A DNA stretch of 63,522 nucleotides, filler included, from Parasitella parasitica NRRL 2501 (taxonomy: Eukaryota > Fungi > Mucoromycota), in the NCBI GenBank assembly GCA_025201805.1. It is 14 parts of 14 records of this genome, joined end to end, with 100 filler letters (N's around TTAATTAATTAA, not from the genome) between each part and the next. Parts side by side here need not be neighbours in the genome. Positions count along the whole stretch, not along the records: positions 24,624 to 27,627 come from MU619298.1; positions 27,728 to 36,112 come from MU619271.1; positions 36,213 to 46,676 come from MU619279.1; 11 more parts are not named here. One strand, written 5' to 3'. Under the pieces are notes generated by a model, which was not told the origin of the DNA, did not search any database, and saw only the letters and a list, made by a program, of their open reading frames with translations. The position numbers and the translations under genes are program-made. How positions within the stretch are numbered: the stretch's first letter is position 1; every line of letters starts with the position of its first letter. This document shows positions 24,662-37,579 of the stretch, piece by piece.

Positions 24662-25389
24662 CTTTTATGCCATCTTTTTTTTTTGACATATGAATATTTA
24701 TATGATGAGTTTATATATTTATGATATTTGTTTAATAAATCCAAGATCATGAGTCTACTGTATGATATATATTATACAATGTATGTGTAAGTTGCATGAA
24801 AATGAAAATTAATTCTTGGCAGGAAAAGCTTGAAATGCTGCTAACCAACCTTTAAAATGCCATTCTTTAATCCACATTGCCTATATTTGATAAAGTATAT
24901 CCTATAAAACAAAACTGACTAAGTAATTAATACGTAGAAAATATAATAAGTAAAATATAGATGTCACACGTTTTGGATTGATAAAGTATAACAATAAAAA
25001 TATTAAATGCATGTCATAATAAAGGAAAGATTGAATCCATTAATACAAAATTAATATTTTTAAACAGGTCATTAAACAGGCCATTAAAATCTTATCAAAG
25101 ACGAGATTTTGCATTTTTTTAATGCCTTGGAAAGAATATTTTATCATATGCACCTGAAGGAGGTCTTCTAGATTAGAAAAGTATAGTGTGTTTATGTGTG
25201 ACTATATGGAAGTTTCTTCAAAATCTCTAAAACTATTCCAGATATATAGGAAAGAAGTCGTTTTTATTTCAATACCTTTTCTAAAAAAAGTCTTGACACT
25301 TTTCGGCACTTTGTAGATTGTTTTTATGAATTTTATCACCTCTCTTCACCCTTTCTGCACAACAGTCCTCAATAAATTGGAAAAAACTG

Positions 25390-25812
25390 TATAACTTTTG
25401 ATACAGACACCGTCCTGTGGAACCCAAGTTATGCTCAAATAGCGATGAACATGCCTGATCTTATGGCCCATAAGACAGTGTTTATTTTGCTGTTTATCGA
25501 AGCCTATCATCGATTATATACAATTCTGATATGAGAATTTGTGATATCATCTGATAACTTTATAGAATCGATGAAAAAATGGATACCAACGTTGTTGCCA
25601 GATAAAGGTGGGTCAACGCTAAATAGTCCAAGTTAGATTTCGGTTCAGCGATCATTTTAGCAGAACTTATGAGCAAATTTCTGATATTCAAGATAAATAT
25701 TGAAAATTAAAACTGTTTTTGCACATAACTTTTGATAAACACATCGCGCAGTGGAAACCAAGTTATGCTCAGATAGCGATGATCATGCCTGATTTGATGG
25801 CGCATAAGACAG
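25390..25812. repeat. Two ~90-bp direct repeats with internal ATAACTT..AAGTTAT inverted arms (probable non-autonomous DNA element)
   Basis: 25390-25478 and 25723-25812 share ataacttttgata..acac..gtggaa.ccaagttatgctca.atagcgatga.catgcctgat..atggc.cataagacag. 25528-25565 is similar to 46777-46815. Confidence 0.7.
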
Positions 25813-26324
25813 GCTTTGATTTAGCTCTATGATCTATAATCTACAATATAATAAAATGTGGTGAAAAGGTTCTTCTGTTTGCCAATTTTGCCGCTTTATC
25901 ATTTAGTAATAGTATAGATATTTTTTTCTATATTGCTATGTGTAAAAAGGAGTTTCCTCAAAAATGTTAAACGTTTTTCTTAGTTTTCTTCTCCACCAAA
26001 AATCATTTTTTTGATAAAACAAAAACTTGCCAACTTCGGAATAGTGGCGGAGTTTGAGAATTAGAAAAATTAAACTCCGCTTTTTATGGAAAATGTTTTT
26101 ATTCGCTTTGAAATGTTGTAGATAAAAGCGTATTATAAGTTATAAAGTTACAGAAGATATGTCCACGGACTGTAAACAAGGGGGACTACTAAGTGTATAT
26201 AGTCTATTTGGTTATGTCTTTGTGAAATAATTTGTAACATAATAATTATAAAAAGTATCAATTAAACAAGATATTTGCATTTATTATACTACAAAGATTA
26301 CGATAATTAGTATATTACTTCACA

Positions 26325-26850
26325 TGATGTATATTTTAGATATTCCAAACAATAAAAAGAGGCTTGTAATAATTTAAAGCTTTCAACTGTATCCGAACAA
26401 TAAAAGAAGTATCTCGTTTATTATGATATAATTACAGGGTATTTATATATTCAATTATTTACTACAACTGAGATGGTAGCTGTAATAATCAATAGATCAG
26501 TGTGATAGTATGTTGTCATTGTTGATTAACGAATAGGAAATACACCCAGTTAGCATATTGTCAATTGGTTTGATATGTTTCATTGTTGAGATTGATCCAA
26601 GAATATGAGCTGATATAACACATAAGACATCAAATGGTTTGTTTGCACCTTGACATTTGAGTAAGTCCGCATATCTTGTTGCTGTCCTGGCAGCCGAGAC
26701 ATTACGATATCCAGTGACAGTCGACATATTATACTGATTCGTACTGTGTCTGATACAATCATATAATATACAGTATTTGCAGTAGTAAACCAGCAAGCAT
26801 AATACTTGTAGCAATTGATATAGTGAAAATATAGCAGTGCGTATACATCA
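26325..26850. repeat. Solo-LTR-like element with termini TGATGTATA...TATACATCA; second copy at 31634-32159
   Basis: Two ~525-bp diverged copies with TG...CA ends and a 9-bp terminal inverted repeat. Confidence 0.7.
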
Positions 26851-27103
26851 GCTTGATAATTTTTTGTATTAAAATGCACATTAATTTTGGATATATTATA
26901 CAGTATTAATGATGATTCTCTTCAAAAAAATTAAGGATCCCCTTATTTTCTGTCGTCGGATAAGTGATTGAAAAGGATGAGACTGTTAAGACTTTGTCTT
27001 CATCGTTAAAACATAAACATCTATTCCAACTAAAAAAAAATCCTTTATTTCCTTTTAATTCTTCGTTTTTTTTTGTAATTTTTCATCACGTTTAGTTCCA
27101 CAG

Positions 27104-27231
27104 TGATCTGCCATAATGTAGGTTAGGAGATCATGATAGTGTACTTCAATTAAAGATTGGAGATTGTCCAATGATGTGTTGTTATACTGGTCGAAACAGG
27201 AGAATAAAGTCTTTGTTTCAAATCAGGAAGG
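27104..27231 (+). repeat. Dispersed repeat family 'TGATCTGCCATAA' (fragment, interrupted by a CACTA end)
   Basis: Homologous copies at 27728-27807 (-), 41439-41858 (-), 48793-49241 (+) and 63427-63522 (+). Confidence 0.85.
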
Positions 27232-27627
27232 CACTATGGCCTCGCCGATGTTCTTATGAGAATATTGATGTGCATGAACGGGAACATTCTTTAAAGCCAA
27301 AAAAAGTGCTTATCGAGCTAGGTTAAGGCGATAAATGTGCTCATGCGAGAACAAAAATTGAAACATCTTATGATCACATTTTTATGCTCAAATGAGCACA
27401 TAAATTACTAGTTTCATAGGCTTAAAATTACGCTCAAAAGGCTTGGAAAAATGTGCTCATAAAGCGAAAATGTGCCCGTACACTCAAAAAAATGTGCTCA
27501 AAAAAGTAAAATTTGCGTACAAAAATGTAGCTTTAGCTTTTGTTTATTTCTCAATTTTTGTAGTATGAACCAGTAATTTATTATCGCTTTAATCTCATAT
27601 CGTCACATACAGTATTGTCTTGATTAT
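27232..27627 (+). mobile_element. CACTA (CMC) transposon terminus with subterminal repeats
   Basis: Starts CACTATGGCCTCGCCGATGTTC and carries repeated AATGTGCTCA units. A second copy at 35979-36112 starts at exactly the same CACTA. Confidence 0.72.
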
Positions 27628-29229
27628 NNNNNNNNNNNNNNNNNNNNNNNNNNNNNNNNNNNNNNNNNNNNTTAATTAATTAANNNNNNNNNNNNNNNNN
27701 NNNNNNNNNNNNNNNNNNNNNNNNNNNCACATCACATCATTGGACAATCTTCAATCTTCAATTGAAGTACATTGTCATGATCTTCTGTCTATAATTATGG
27801 CAGATCATATTTGATACTCCAAATCCTCCTGTAACGGCCCAAACAAGATAACCTACACAGTAAAGTCAGAAGCCTCAGGCAGCTGGAGCAACAATGGAAA
27901 ACCATGATCCTATTGAAAGAAGCCTTTGTTTCGAGATCAACGACGCAGTGGATTCTTGGAGCACCATAACCGTAACAGGTAAGATCTGTTTATAGTGTGA
28001 GGGAACGTGTCAATGAATGGACTGAGTTTTCAAAATTTCGTAAACGCTAGAAGGATGATTATGATAAACTATTAGACGCAGCAGTTAACAGCTGTGAGGG
28101 TAAGTGTCGCAGCATTAAACGAGATTTTAATCATTTGGTAAATCACAATCCTTTTTTTTTCTATACTCCATACTCCAACAGAGTAAGAGCCTTATTGGAT
28201 TTACGGACATCGGTAAAGAAGTCTTGCTCAAAATTAACAACTTCAACTAATAAAATCTCATTGCATCAAAACAATGATAACAACTTACTCAAATTACTGG
28301 TAAAAATAACGCAATATATAAAATTGAGCGTACTGAACAGGTCAAAGTAAGATATAGCAGCACGACATCTATGCATAGACTCGAAAGGGGTGAGTTCGAT
28401 AATAAAGATAAAAAGATGCATTCCTTAGTTGTGAAATTTGTCTAAAGCTCGGGATTTCATCGACTGGCATGTCCCATAACTCCGAAGATAATATGATCAT
28501 CGATAACTCCATCGAAAATGACTTAAGTTCCAATAATTCATCTTCTGGCACTCGTGCACAGCAGATCCGATCTATAAACAAGATATAGTTATTGGTTGAT
28601 AAAAACCAAAGAATAACCAAGCATGTTTTTGCACAGTGCCAGAGTCCGTTTATTCGCTTAAACTCAATTTAAAAGCAAACGTGTAAGCATAACGCAGCAT
28701 CCCATTCCTTACAAGCTTCAACTGAAGATCCATCCAAGGACAAATTGGGACTTCGTAGAATAATGACATCATCAAAAGAGCACCAGTCGACATTAAATGA
28801 AATTCTCCCTTAACACTCAGCAGCAAAAAAAGATAGCCAAGAAAAGAAGTCTGATGTTAATAAGCGTGTTTGTCTGGATACCAGTGCATTGAATAACATC
28901 CTGACAGATGACGATGCCGAAAATCTACCAAACGTTTCTCTATCTTTTACAAGCTTGCCGGTTACACCATTCTTTCCACTTTTGATAATTTTTCGACCTT
29001 CCACAGATTTGAAATGTTTGAACCGGGCAAAATAAAAACACCTTGGACATCTCTAATCGATGGTACAGAATCTATGTTAAAGGAATCACCTACAAGATAT
29101 AGATCATTAGCCATATTTTTAATCGAATTATGACGCATATTTTAATAAAAAATAGAATCAAAACGAGGAATCCATGGATCTAAGTGGTAAAAAAAAGCGC
29201 AAACAAAATAAAGATAATTTTGTCTGCTT

Positions 29230-29960
29230 CTCTAATTTTATGGAGTAACCTGTCCTGCACTTCAGGGAACTTATCTGAAGTTTAAACAAAATCAACTTGA
29301 TATTGATCGTTGAGGAACCTTATTTTGCAAAGAAAAATATCAATTTGCTTGGCTTTACTGTTTCTGAGCATGGTAAGAATTTCGATATCACGAAATTGTC
29401 CAACAATAAAGAATGGTCTAAACAAAAAACTGGAACTGAATTTGGCTCTTTCTGGGCCTTGTCAATTATATACAAAATCACATACCGAAAGCTGCTGTCT
29501 TATTGTCCCTAATATGTTTGATTTAAAAATTTCCTTAATGGATTCTAATTTAAACTTTATTTAGACCACTGTGTATTGACCTAGTGACATGTTTAGCGCC
29601 ATCCCAAAGAATAGCATGATGCTTGAATTAATTGGTTGGGGCATATTATGAAATTAAACTATAAAGTAATTTACCTCATTGGCATTAATCATGTTTCCGC
29701 TGATCAACTGAGCCGTTTATTCCCTCTAGACAATAAAGTGGGGGAAGACATTGTGCTCGATAAAGTCAATGAAATGGCCTAAAAACGTGAAAATATAATC
29801 AACAAAAGGATAAATGATGGTGGAGTTAAAGGAGCAGGCTATCTATGGCTGAACTTATTCACACTAGATGTTTAACTGAAACTGAATAATAAAGTGTCCA
29901 AAAGATAGAAAACGCCATGCTTCAATTTGATGTTTGCGCGCAAAGTGAATGCAGTTGTGT
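29230..29960 (+). pseudogene. Decayed Ty3/gypsy pol remnant (RT/RNase H region)
   Basis: YFAKKNINLLGFTVSEHG...W..QKTG..GSF.AL matches the gypsy RT C-terminal region. Many stops and frameshifts. Confidence 0.6.
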
Positions 29961-31633
29961 TTAATTCAGTAAAACAAAGAGTCTTATAACATTTGAGCAG
30001 CCTTTCAAAAGAGTTAATGGGATTTCTGAAGTCGTATGGTCTCCAATCATGTCTACGAAAAATTCGTATTTTGATAGCATGAACAAGAAATTTGATAAAT
30101 ATAAAAAGTTATTAGTAACCGACTTTGGAAAGGGCAGATCAAACCAGTATGCTCTTGGGTAAAGATCACACACCTTCAGAGGTAAAAGACATATGCAAGA
30201 GTAACATGTTAGAGGTATAGGAAGTAACCTACACTACGAAATAAGTTGTGAATGGTTTTCACATGACCAACATTTATGGCTTACACCTGAAACGTTAACT
30301 CATGAACACACTACTCGAAAATATTAAGATAAAGACTACGCAAACATCATATGCCATATAAGAACAGCCAACCCTGGAATTCACTGAAGCCATAAATTTT
30401 AAGACGAAGGGCAAAGTAAATCAAATCAAGAAAACCATTTTCTTGCTTATATCATCTGATGATAGATGATTTCTCACAAACAAAAAATAAATACAGGTAA
30501 AGTATATCCCCTCGTATTTTTTTTTCTCTCATTCTTTGGCTGATAGACCTCGCATGTGTATCTTTCTCCAAGGCAATTTTCGATTGTTGTCAAACTCTGC
30601 GATAAAAGACGCTGTATTAGTTAGCAGAAGTCATTCTATAGTAATAACTGATTTCAATTCAACAGGATATAATTTTTTGGTGGGTGTCTTGATGCATCCG
30701 TGAAATGTCGATGCACAACATATTTGGAATAGATGACACCAGCAGAAGCATTTAATTGGGATTCTTCAACATTGCTGAAACAGACACATGCGCTTTTTTC
30801 TGAGTGAAAGAGTTGTGATGTAATCCATGTCACACCATGATACAACACACAATGTGTGTGGAAATATTGCTAGTGAGTCTCCATTATTTCCCACAGCGCC
30901 AAAAAAGTTTATAGAAACCAGGTTTTGCTTTCTTTTTCTTTTTTTCCTTTTCCCAGCATCTTTTATAATCCAACCTGGAAAGCATAAGTTAAGTTATAGC
31001 TCATAGTACCGTATCTTTTTTACATCAAGGTAATAACGTTTCTGTTTCTTAGGCTTCCTTTGTATTTCAAGTTGCAAAGCTCCAAGTGGTGTGTGGTTAC
31101 TTCTGTCTGGTCCTTCGTTTCTGGTTCTAGACTCATATTCAGTAGTGGTTTACTGTGTGTTGCCGGCCTCGAGATCTTCTTTCTGGTGCGGTTAGAAGGT
31201 TTTTTGGTAGATGATTATGTTGCCGGCCTCGAGACCTTCTTTGTAGTACTGGTGAAAAAATCTTTTGGTAGATGATTGCATTAGTGGATCCATGATATGG
31301 GGCTAATGTCAGTATATGATAGGGTGATCATATATGTGGCAGGCATAAGCAACAGCCTGCAGTCATGACTAGTACAGCTTTGCATATATTACGTTTAAAC
31401 AGCTTGCCGCCTTATGCCTCTTCTTTTTGGGAGCTCGTATCTAGTATAGGTCCACGTCCTAGCTCCTGGGTGCTTTTTTCCTTGTAAAAAGTAGCAAAAG
31501 TACTAGATGTTTCAAATCAAAATAATAATAAAAATAAAACACATTTTAACTGAAATTTATCGGCCCATGTCTAATTTTATAACCATAATTTAATAAATTA
31601 TATAAGTATTAATTATTTTTTTTTGAAGTGGTT

Positions 31634-32159
31634 CGATGTATATTCCAGATATTTCAGATATTTCAATACAATAAAAATAGACTTGTAAGAATTCACAGCT
31701 TTCAACTGTATCCGAACAATAAAAGAAGTTTCACGTTTATTATGATTTAAATAATTTAAATACAGGGTATTTATATCATCCTCAATTATATACTACGAGT
31801 GAGATGGTAGCTGTGATAACCAATAGATTAATGTGATAGTATGTTGTCACTGTTGATGAAAGAATAGAAAATACACCGTGATAGCACTGTCAATTGGTTT
31901 GATATGTCTCATTGTTAAGATTGACCCAAGAATATAAGCTGATGTAACATATCAAATAGTTTGTTTGCACCATGACATTTGAGCAAGTCCGCATATTATG
32001 TTGATGCCATGGCAGCCGAGACATTGCAATATCTATTGACAGTTGAGATATTATACTGATTCGTATCTGATAGAATTATATAATATATTCGCAGTAAACC
32101 AGCAAGTGTATTACTTTTAGGAATTGATATAGTGAAGATGTAGCAGTGCGTAGACATCA
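31634..32159. repeat. Second copy of the solo-LTR-like element at 26325-26850
   Basis: Collinear similarity, e.g. agctttcaactgtatccgaacaataaaagaagt ... tagcagtgcgtagacatca. Confidence 0.75.
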
Positions 32160-32466
32160 CGAATAGTTTTGGTCAGTCGTCATGAGAAAACTAAAGAGGA
32201 AAAGACTTTTAGACTAGGAAACAGTTAGTGCAAGGATTACTGATGCCTTTAATAGTGTCTCACTCAGTGATATACAAGGCTTTTGCCGTTACTCTGACAA
32301 AAAGTGGGATGTGTGTCGAGATAAAAAACCAGTTTAATGTAATGGGACACTTTGTGCTAAATTTTTGTGCCATCAATAAATAGCATTTTGTGCAATATTT
32401 AAATTAGAAATGTGCTAATATGAAAAAAAAAAATTTGTGCCATTAGATTTGAAAAAAAAGGTGTGT
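32160..32466 (+). mobile_element. 3' end of a Tc1/mariner (IS630-like) element: transposase C-terminus and right TIR
   Basis: E*FWSVVMRKLKR...RITDAFNSVSLSDIQGFCRYSDKKWDVCRDKKPV* followed by a TGTGC-repeat TIR ending aaaaaaaggtgTG/TA, resembling the element at 49361-50992. Confidence 0.65.
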
Positions 32467-32744
32467 AATGATAATCATAGACGTCCTAAGATTCCACCTA
32501 AAATGTAGCACGAGTAGCCGGAGTGCCCTTAGCAGATTTTGATGGTGTGGGCCCTAAAGTGAAGTCTGGTTTAATTCCAAATACGCAGTTGCTCATCTTT
32601 TAATCCATGTCTATTCGAGAATATATATTTCTTAGACCTACTCTTTTCTTTCAACTGGCAGAGATATATTCAAGTTCAGGGAATTCAATTAATATTGTAA
32701 ATGATATGGCCGAGGTAACCTCTATGTGCGCCACCAACCATAAT

Positions 32745-32945
32745 AGATCCACCATTTATTCCCCTTCGCCGAACTGATCATATATCTGACGTTTTTGACG
32801 GTTTGAGAGAATCTCTTAAAACTCCTCACCTGTTTCAGGATTCTACCATAGAAATGTTAATTCAGAGACAACAAAACATACTTGCGAATGTGCCTTGTCA
32901 GGATGATAATTTTAAGCTAATTTTCCGTAGCCAAGTGTTTTAATA
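32745..32945 (-). pseudogene. Degenerate DnaJ/Hsp40 J-domain fragment
   Basis: The minus strand reads YGKLA*NYHPDK, then an intron-like gtatgt.., then EILSNRQKRQIYDQFGEGGINGG. The HPD motif is present but there is an in-frame stop. Confidence 0.65.
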
Positions 32946-35099
32946 TCCCTACCATTTTATCTACTTTTCACGAAGATAGTGCCAATGATAGCATGTTTCT
33001 TGTACTCTTCTAGAGCTGGAAAAATCAATGCTTGAAATGATAAACGATTCAACAATGCATGTCTACTATATTTTCTTTTCCTGGTGTTCAAGCTGCGGTT
33101 CAAGCTTTCTCATGAATCAACATATATAGGTATACTAGAATTTGTTATTTTACAAGAGTAAATTTTACAAGGGAAACTCCATGGAAATAATAATATCTTG
33201 GAGTCATTAAATACATTTCTTTTAGTTTTTCATGGATGCTGCTTATGAATCATGATAATGCACAAATTATTTAATTGACGTATGCATACATACATGCCAC
33301 TACTAAAAATACTGCTTAACGTATACTGAAATGTGAAAATTGNNNNNNNNNNNNNNNNNNNNNNNNNNNNNNNNNNNNNNNNNNNNNNNNNNNNNNNNNN
33401 NNNNNNNNNNNNNNNNNNNNNNNNNNNNNNNNNNNNNNNNNNNNNNNNNNNNNNNNNNNNNNNNNNNNNNNNNNNNNNNNNNNNNNNNNNNNNNNNNNNN
33501 NNNNNNNNNNNNNNNNNNNNNNNNNNNNNNNNNNNNNNNNNNNNNNNNNNNNNNNNNNNNNNNNNNNNNNNNNNNNNNNNNNNNNNNNNNNNNNNNNNNN
33601 NNNNNNNNNNNNNNNNNNNNNNNNNNNNNNNNNNNNNNNNNNNNNNNNNNNNNNNNNNNNNNNNNNNNNNNNNNNNNNNNNNNNNNNNNNNNNNNNNNNN
33701 NNNNNNNNNNNNNNNNNNNNNNNNNNNNNNNNNNNNNNNNNNNNNNNNNNNNNNNNNNNNNNNNNNNNNNNNNNNNNNNNNNNNNNNNNNNNNNNNNNNN
33801 NNNNNNNNNNNNNNNNNNNNNNNNNNNNNNNNNNNNNNNNNNNNNNNNNNNNNNNNNNNNNNNNNNNNNNNNNNNNNNNNNNNNNNNNNNNNNNNNNNNN
33901 NNNNNNNNNNNNNNNNNNNNNNNNNNNNNNNNNNNNNNNNNNNNNNNNNNNNNNNNNNNNNNNNNNNNNNNNNNNNNNNNNNNNNNNNNNNNNNNNNNNN
34001 NNNNNNNNNNNNNNNNNNNNNNNNNNNNNNNNNNNNNNNNNNNNNNNNNNNNNNNNNNNNNNNNNNNNNNNNNNNNNNNNNNNNNNNNNNNNNNNNNNNN
34101 NNNNNNNNNNNNNNNNNNNNNNNNNNNNNNNNNNNNNNNNNNAAAAAAAAAAAAAAAAAAAAAAAGAGGAAATAGAAACTCATGGAAAAACCACACTTTT
34201 TGATGAACGCAAAAACAAGTCTCTTTTCGCAGGAGCCTTCGGATGTGCTATCGGCGGATAGGCGAGTAACGAACATTTATACTGTCAGTTTGACTAGCAT
34301 TGTGATCTGTGTTATGTAGTAACAACAACAATGACATACATTATGGTTCCACAACTTTGATGCGTTTGGTAGAGGAAGTTTTTTCTTTCCTTTAGCTCCT
34401 ACTGAAATATCAAATTAGCAAGTGCAAATAAACTCTACTTTTTAAAAATGACCTACTGTATATAATTTTCAAATATATTTGTTTTGCGCAAAATTATCAA
34501 CATAGCAGCAATAATATCCGGCACCAGCAATTGTTGGAAAAGAATACTCCTCAGGTTTTCTTTATCATTCAATATGTACAAAAAGCAGAAGAAGCTTGAT
34601 GGTGGTAGCATTTGAGTTCAATTTAGACATTTAAAAGTGCGGAAAATTTTCTTTCTTAGGATATCTTCAAACTAAAGAGCAGTATGTTACAAAATTTCCG
34701 TGTATAACAGCTAATAAAACGGGCAACAATGAATTTTGCATTGAACACCTTAATGTCATATTGTTTGGCAACAAGACACATGCTTTATAAAACTCTGTCT
34801 TTGCGCAAGAAGGCTTTTTTTTTTTGCAGCATAAAATGTTTTACTAAGGAAAGATTACACTTTATTATCTCTAATGTATGTATTTTCCACAATTTTAGCA
34901 GAATTCATACTGATTAAAAACGTTTCAAAATCACAATAAATCGTTCCATAGAGTTTATACTTAATATCTAATACATTTCCACCAAAATTGCAGCTGATGA
35001 AGAAATCATTGGTTCTGTAAGATTTTTCATGAGGGCTCATGAGCAATGATTTTCTCTGCTAAAAAACAGAAAGCAATAGCTCTAAGGCTACGAACACAG

Positions 35100-35480
35100 T
35101 TGTTGATGCAACATGTGTCAATGTAGCTAAAGGGATCAAGCGTTCAACAATCACATTAAATCCAACGATTGCTTCAACACCAACCGCTCCTCCCTCCACA
35201 ACTAATCCATCAATTCAGTTTCTTATGATCAAAGAATCAGGAACACCTGGAAATGTCAAAATGATTCGACCCTTTTTCGAAGGCATAGAAGAGGATTCTG
35301 TCTTAATCGATATCACTGGATTACTTAACTAACAACTCCTACAAGAATCCTTGCAGGCATTCAATAAGAACGCCCATCTCTACAAAGGGTACAGTGACTA
35401 TGTGGGTAGGGTACGTCAAACTCGCAAGTATAAAAATAGGGAGATCATAGAAACAAGTTGGATTCATAACAGCCTGGTCA
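35100..35480 (+). pseudogene. Decayed LINE ORF1 homologous to 16735-18399
   Basis: IRPFFEGIEEDSVLIDIT..*..LQAFN....YSDYVG...RKYKNREIIETSWIH aligns to VRPFIKGLERNSVLIDIT...LKQFN...YNDFIG...RTYLGHRFLETMWVH. Confidence 0.75.
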
Positions 35481-35522
35481 CCGAGCAATTCTTCTAAAGT
35501 TTTACATCAATACCATGGCAAG

Positions 35523-35830
35523 TGATGTGTCAATTTCCCAACCGGAAGTCAAACTCAAGTAAACTCAATCCTGAACACAATTCAGGAACATATCCCAATG
35601 GATCATGCTCCTTATTTATAACTCGACATGACATGTTCATGGACAATAGATACAATCTATCGTTCCATTCTCTAAATCACACCATGTCTCACACTTGTAT
35701 CTTATCCTCCCATCAGTCCACTTAGATTCACTAGTATATAAACCATCATTTTTTTCATGTAATAAACGAGATCTTTACCTGATTAATTCACAACCGTTTT
35801 ATTTGAATAATTTCTCATTCTGATAAATCA
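35523..35830 (+). repeat. Solo-LTR-like element (TGATG...ATCA); inverted copy at 62456-62729
   Basis: TG..CA ends, TATAAA and AATAAA inside, and a diverged second copy. Confidence 0.7.
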
Positions 35831-35978
35831 TTTTTTAATCTGTATCTACCTATCTCGCTTATTACAAATACAAAACTATCGCAATATGGCTCCTAATAAC
35901 CAACTTAACAAGAACAAGACTGTCGCTCAACCTAATTCCAAGGCTCATTTGCATAATCCCTCTTCTCCGGTGTCCCAA

Positions 35979-36112
35979 CACTATGGCCTCGCCGATGTTC
36001 TCATAAGAATATAGATGTACATGAACGGGAACATTTTTTAGAGCCAAAAAAAGTGCTTATCGAGCTAGGTTAAGGCGATAAATGTGCTCATGCGAGAACA
36101 AAAATTGAAACA
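35979..36112 (+). mobile_element. CACTA transposon terminus (copy of 27232)
   Basis: CACTATGGCCTCGCCG..., nearly identical to 27232-27364. Confidence 0.72.
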
Positions 36113-36939
36113 NNNNNNNNNNNNNNNNNNNNNNNNNNNNNNNNNNNNNNNNNNNNTTAATTAATTAANNNNNNNNNNNNNNNNNNNNNNNNNNNNNNNN
36201 NNNNNNNNNNNNTATTTGTAGGAGTTATTTATTGTCATCGGGACACTTTTAAGCAGGAGTCCTCGGGCATGTCCTCGGCTTAATGGGGTCAGATAAGTCT
36301 TATTTAATAGGACAATAAAGGTATAAAAATGTTTCAAATGGTTGGGCTATTGTTTTTTCCTCATTGCTGTATCGCGTAGCACCAGAACAAAGAAACTATC
36401 TTTTATTAGTGTCAGATTTATCCATCATTATGCTCAGATCAACACATCGCTTCATTCAATAGATCTTAAACTAAGTTCAGGAGAATAAGGAGGAAAGTAC
36501 ACAGCTCTGCAGTCTCTAATCACGGTTTATTTCGTAGTAAACTACAAAGAATAGGTGGGCAAATTAACATCAGTTCAGGAAACTTGTCCATCTCCCAAAC
36601 GTCTTAAAAAATAAGCGAACGCTCTGCTGAATATTTTATATCGCAAAAGATGGGTAATAACTTGTGCATATATATGGAATATGCCTCACTCGTATCTTCT
36701 CTGCACTGTGTCTGGCTACTGAAGGGTAACTGTTAAAAAATCAATCATGCGATGGACCTGATTCTGCTCTTGATAAATTGCCCCCTCTCTTCCCTTTTCT
36801 TCTCATTTGTGGTGGTTTAATATTAAGTTGAATTTTTTAATACGACCTCATCACTCGTAGAGATGGCCCCTGTCTTTCCTTAAACTTGAGTGCTTTAACT
36901 TACCGTGTTACTCTTCATCTGAAAACCACAGTTTGATCT

Positions 36940-37290
36940 TGTTGTGCGACGTATCTGCTTTGAAACTTATTGCATAATAGGCCTTATCAAACTCATATGC
37001 CTTCGTGATATTCTTCAGGGTGGGTGTGGCACCCTGGAGGACCAGCATGAACCTCCTTTAAATAAACCTGATGAGGTGCCTCCTACAAGCATTCAACCGA
37101 AGACAGCAGCCGCTTGGGTGCAATCTCTTATGCTACAAGCTGGTATTTCGAGAGAATACACTGCACATTCCGTCTGAGCTACCACTACCACCAAAGCCGT
37201 CCAGCGGGGAATCTCAGTTGCCAGATTTAAACAGCATGTTAGTAGAGCTCAAGATTCAAATACATTGGAAAAATACTACTATAAACCAAT
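36940..37290 (+). pseudogene. DIRS-type tyrosine recombinase remnant
   Basis: SIQPKTAAAWVQSLMLQAGISREYTAHSV*ATTTTKAVQRGIS...SNTLEKYYYKP corresponds to the HS(x)R box and catalytic Tyr region; the Arg codon is now a stop. Confidence 0.7.
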
Positions 37291-37579
37291 TGGCCAAGAC
37301 CATGATCTTTCTTTATACGAATTAAGCTTACGGCTTTTTTTTTCAAAGTAGTAAAAGTTTATTGAAAATGCTATTTGCAATAATCACAAAGCTTATTTGA
37401 CTAATGAGTTGGTTGGTTTTTTGAATTTCTATTTCCTTGTAACTGCTTCTTTTAAATATTAGCTTTTTCGCTTGAATGGCATGTGGGATGGGTCTGGAAG
37501 GAGTCTTCCAGCTTTGTTGTGAATCCTTTATTTCGATTGACAAACGTGGCTAAACTTCATAAATATGTGAAAAATAAAA

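Noticed and set aside
30300-31500. Possible decayed fungal protein-kinase gene on the minus strand (VGCSYMAYDV) with a 59-bp tandem duplication at 31159-31278
   Set aside because: Only one weak motif and many stops; it cannot be supported without a search.
33230-34276. Long ORFs in the ORF track
   Set aside because: They are artefacts of translating through an 800-N gap.
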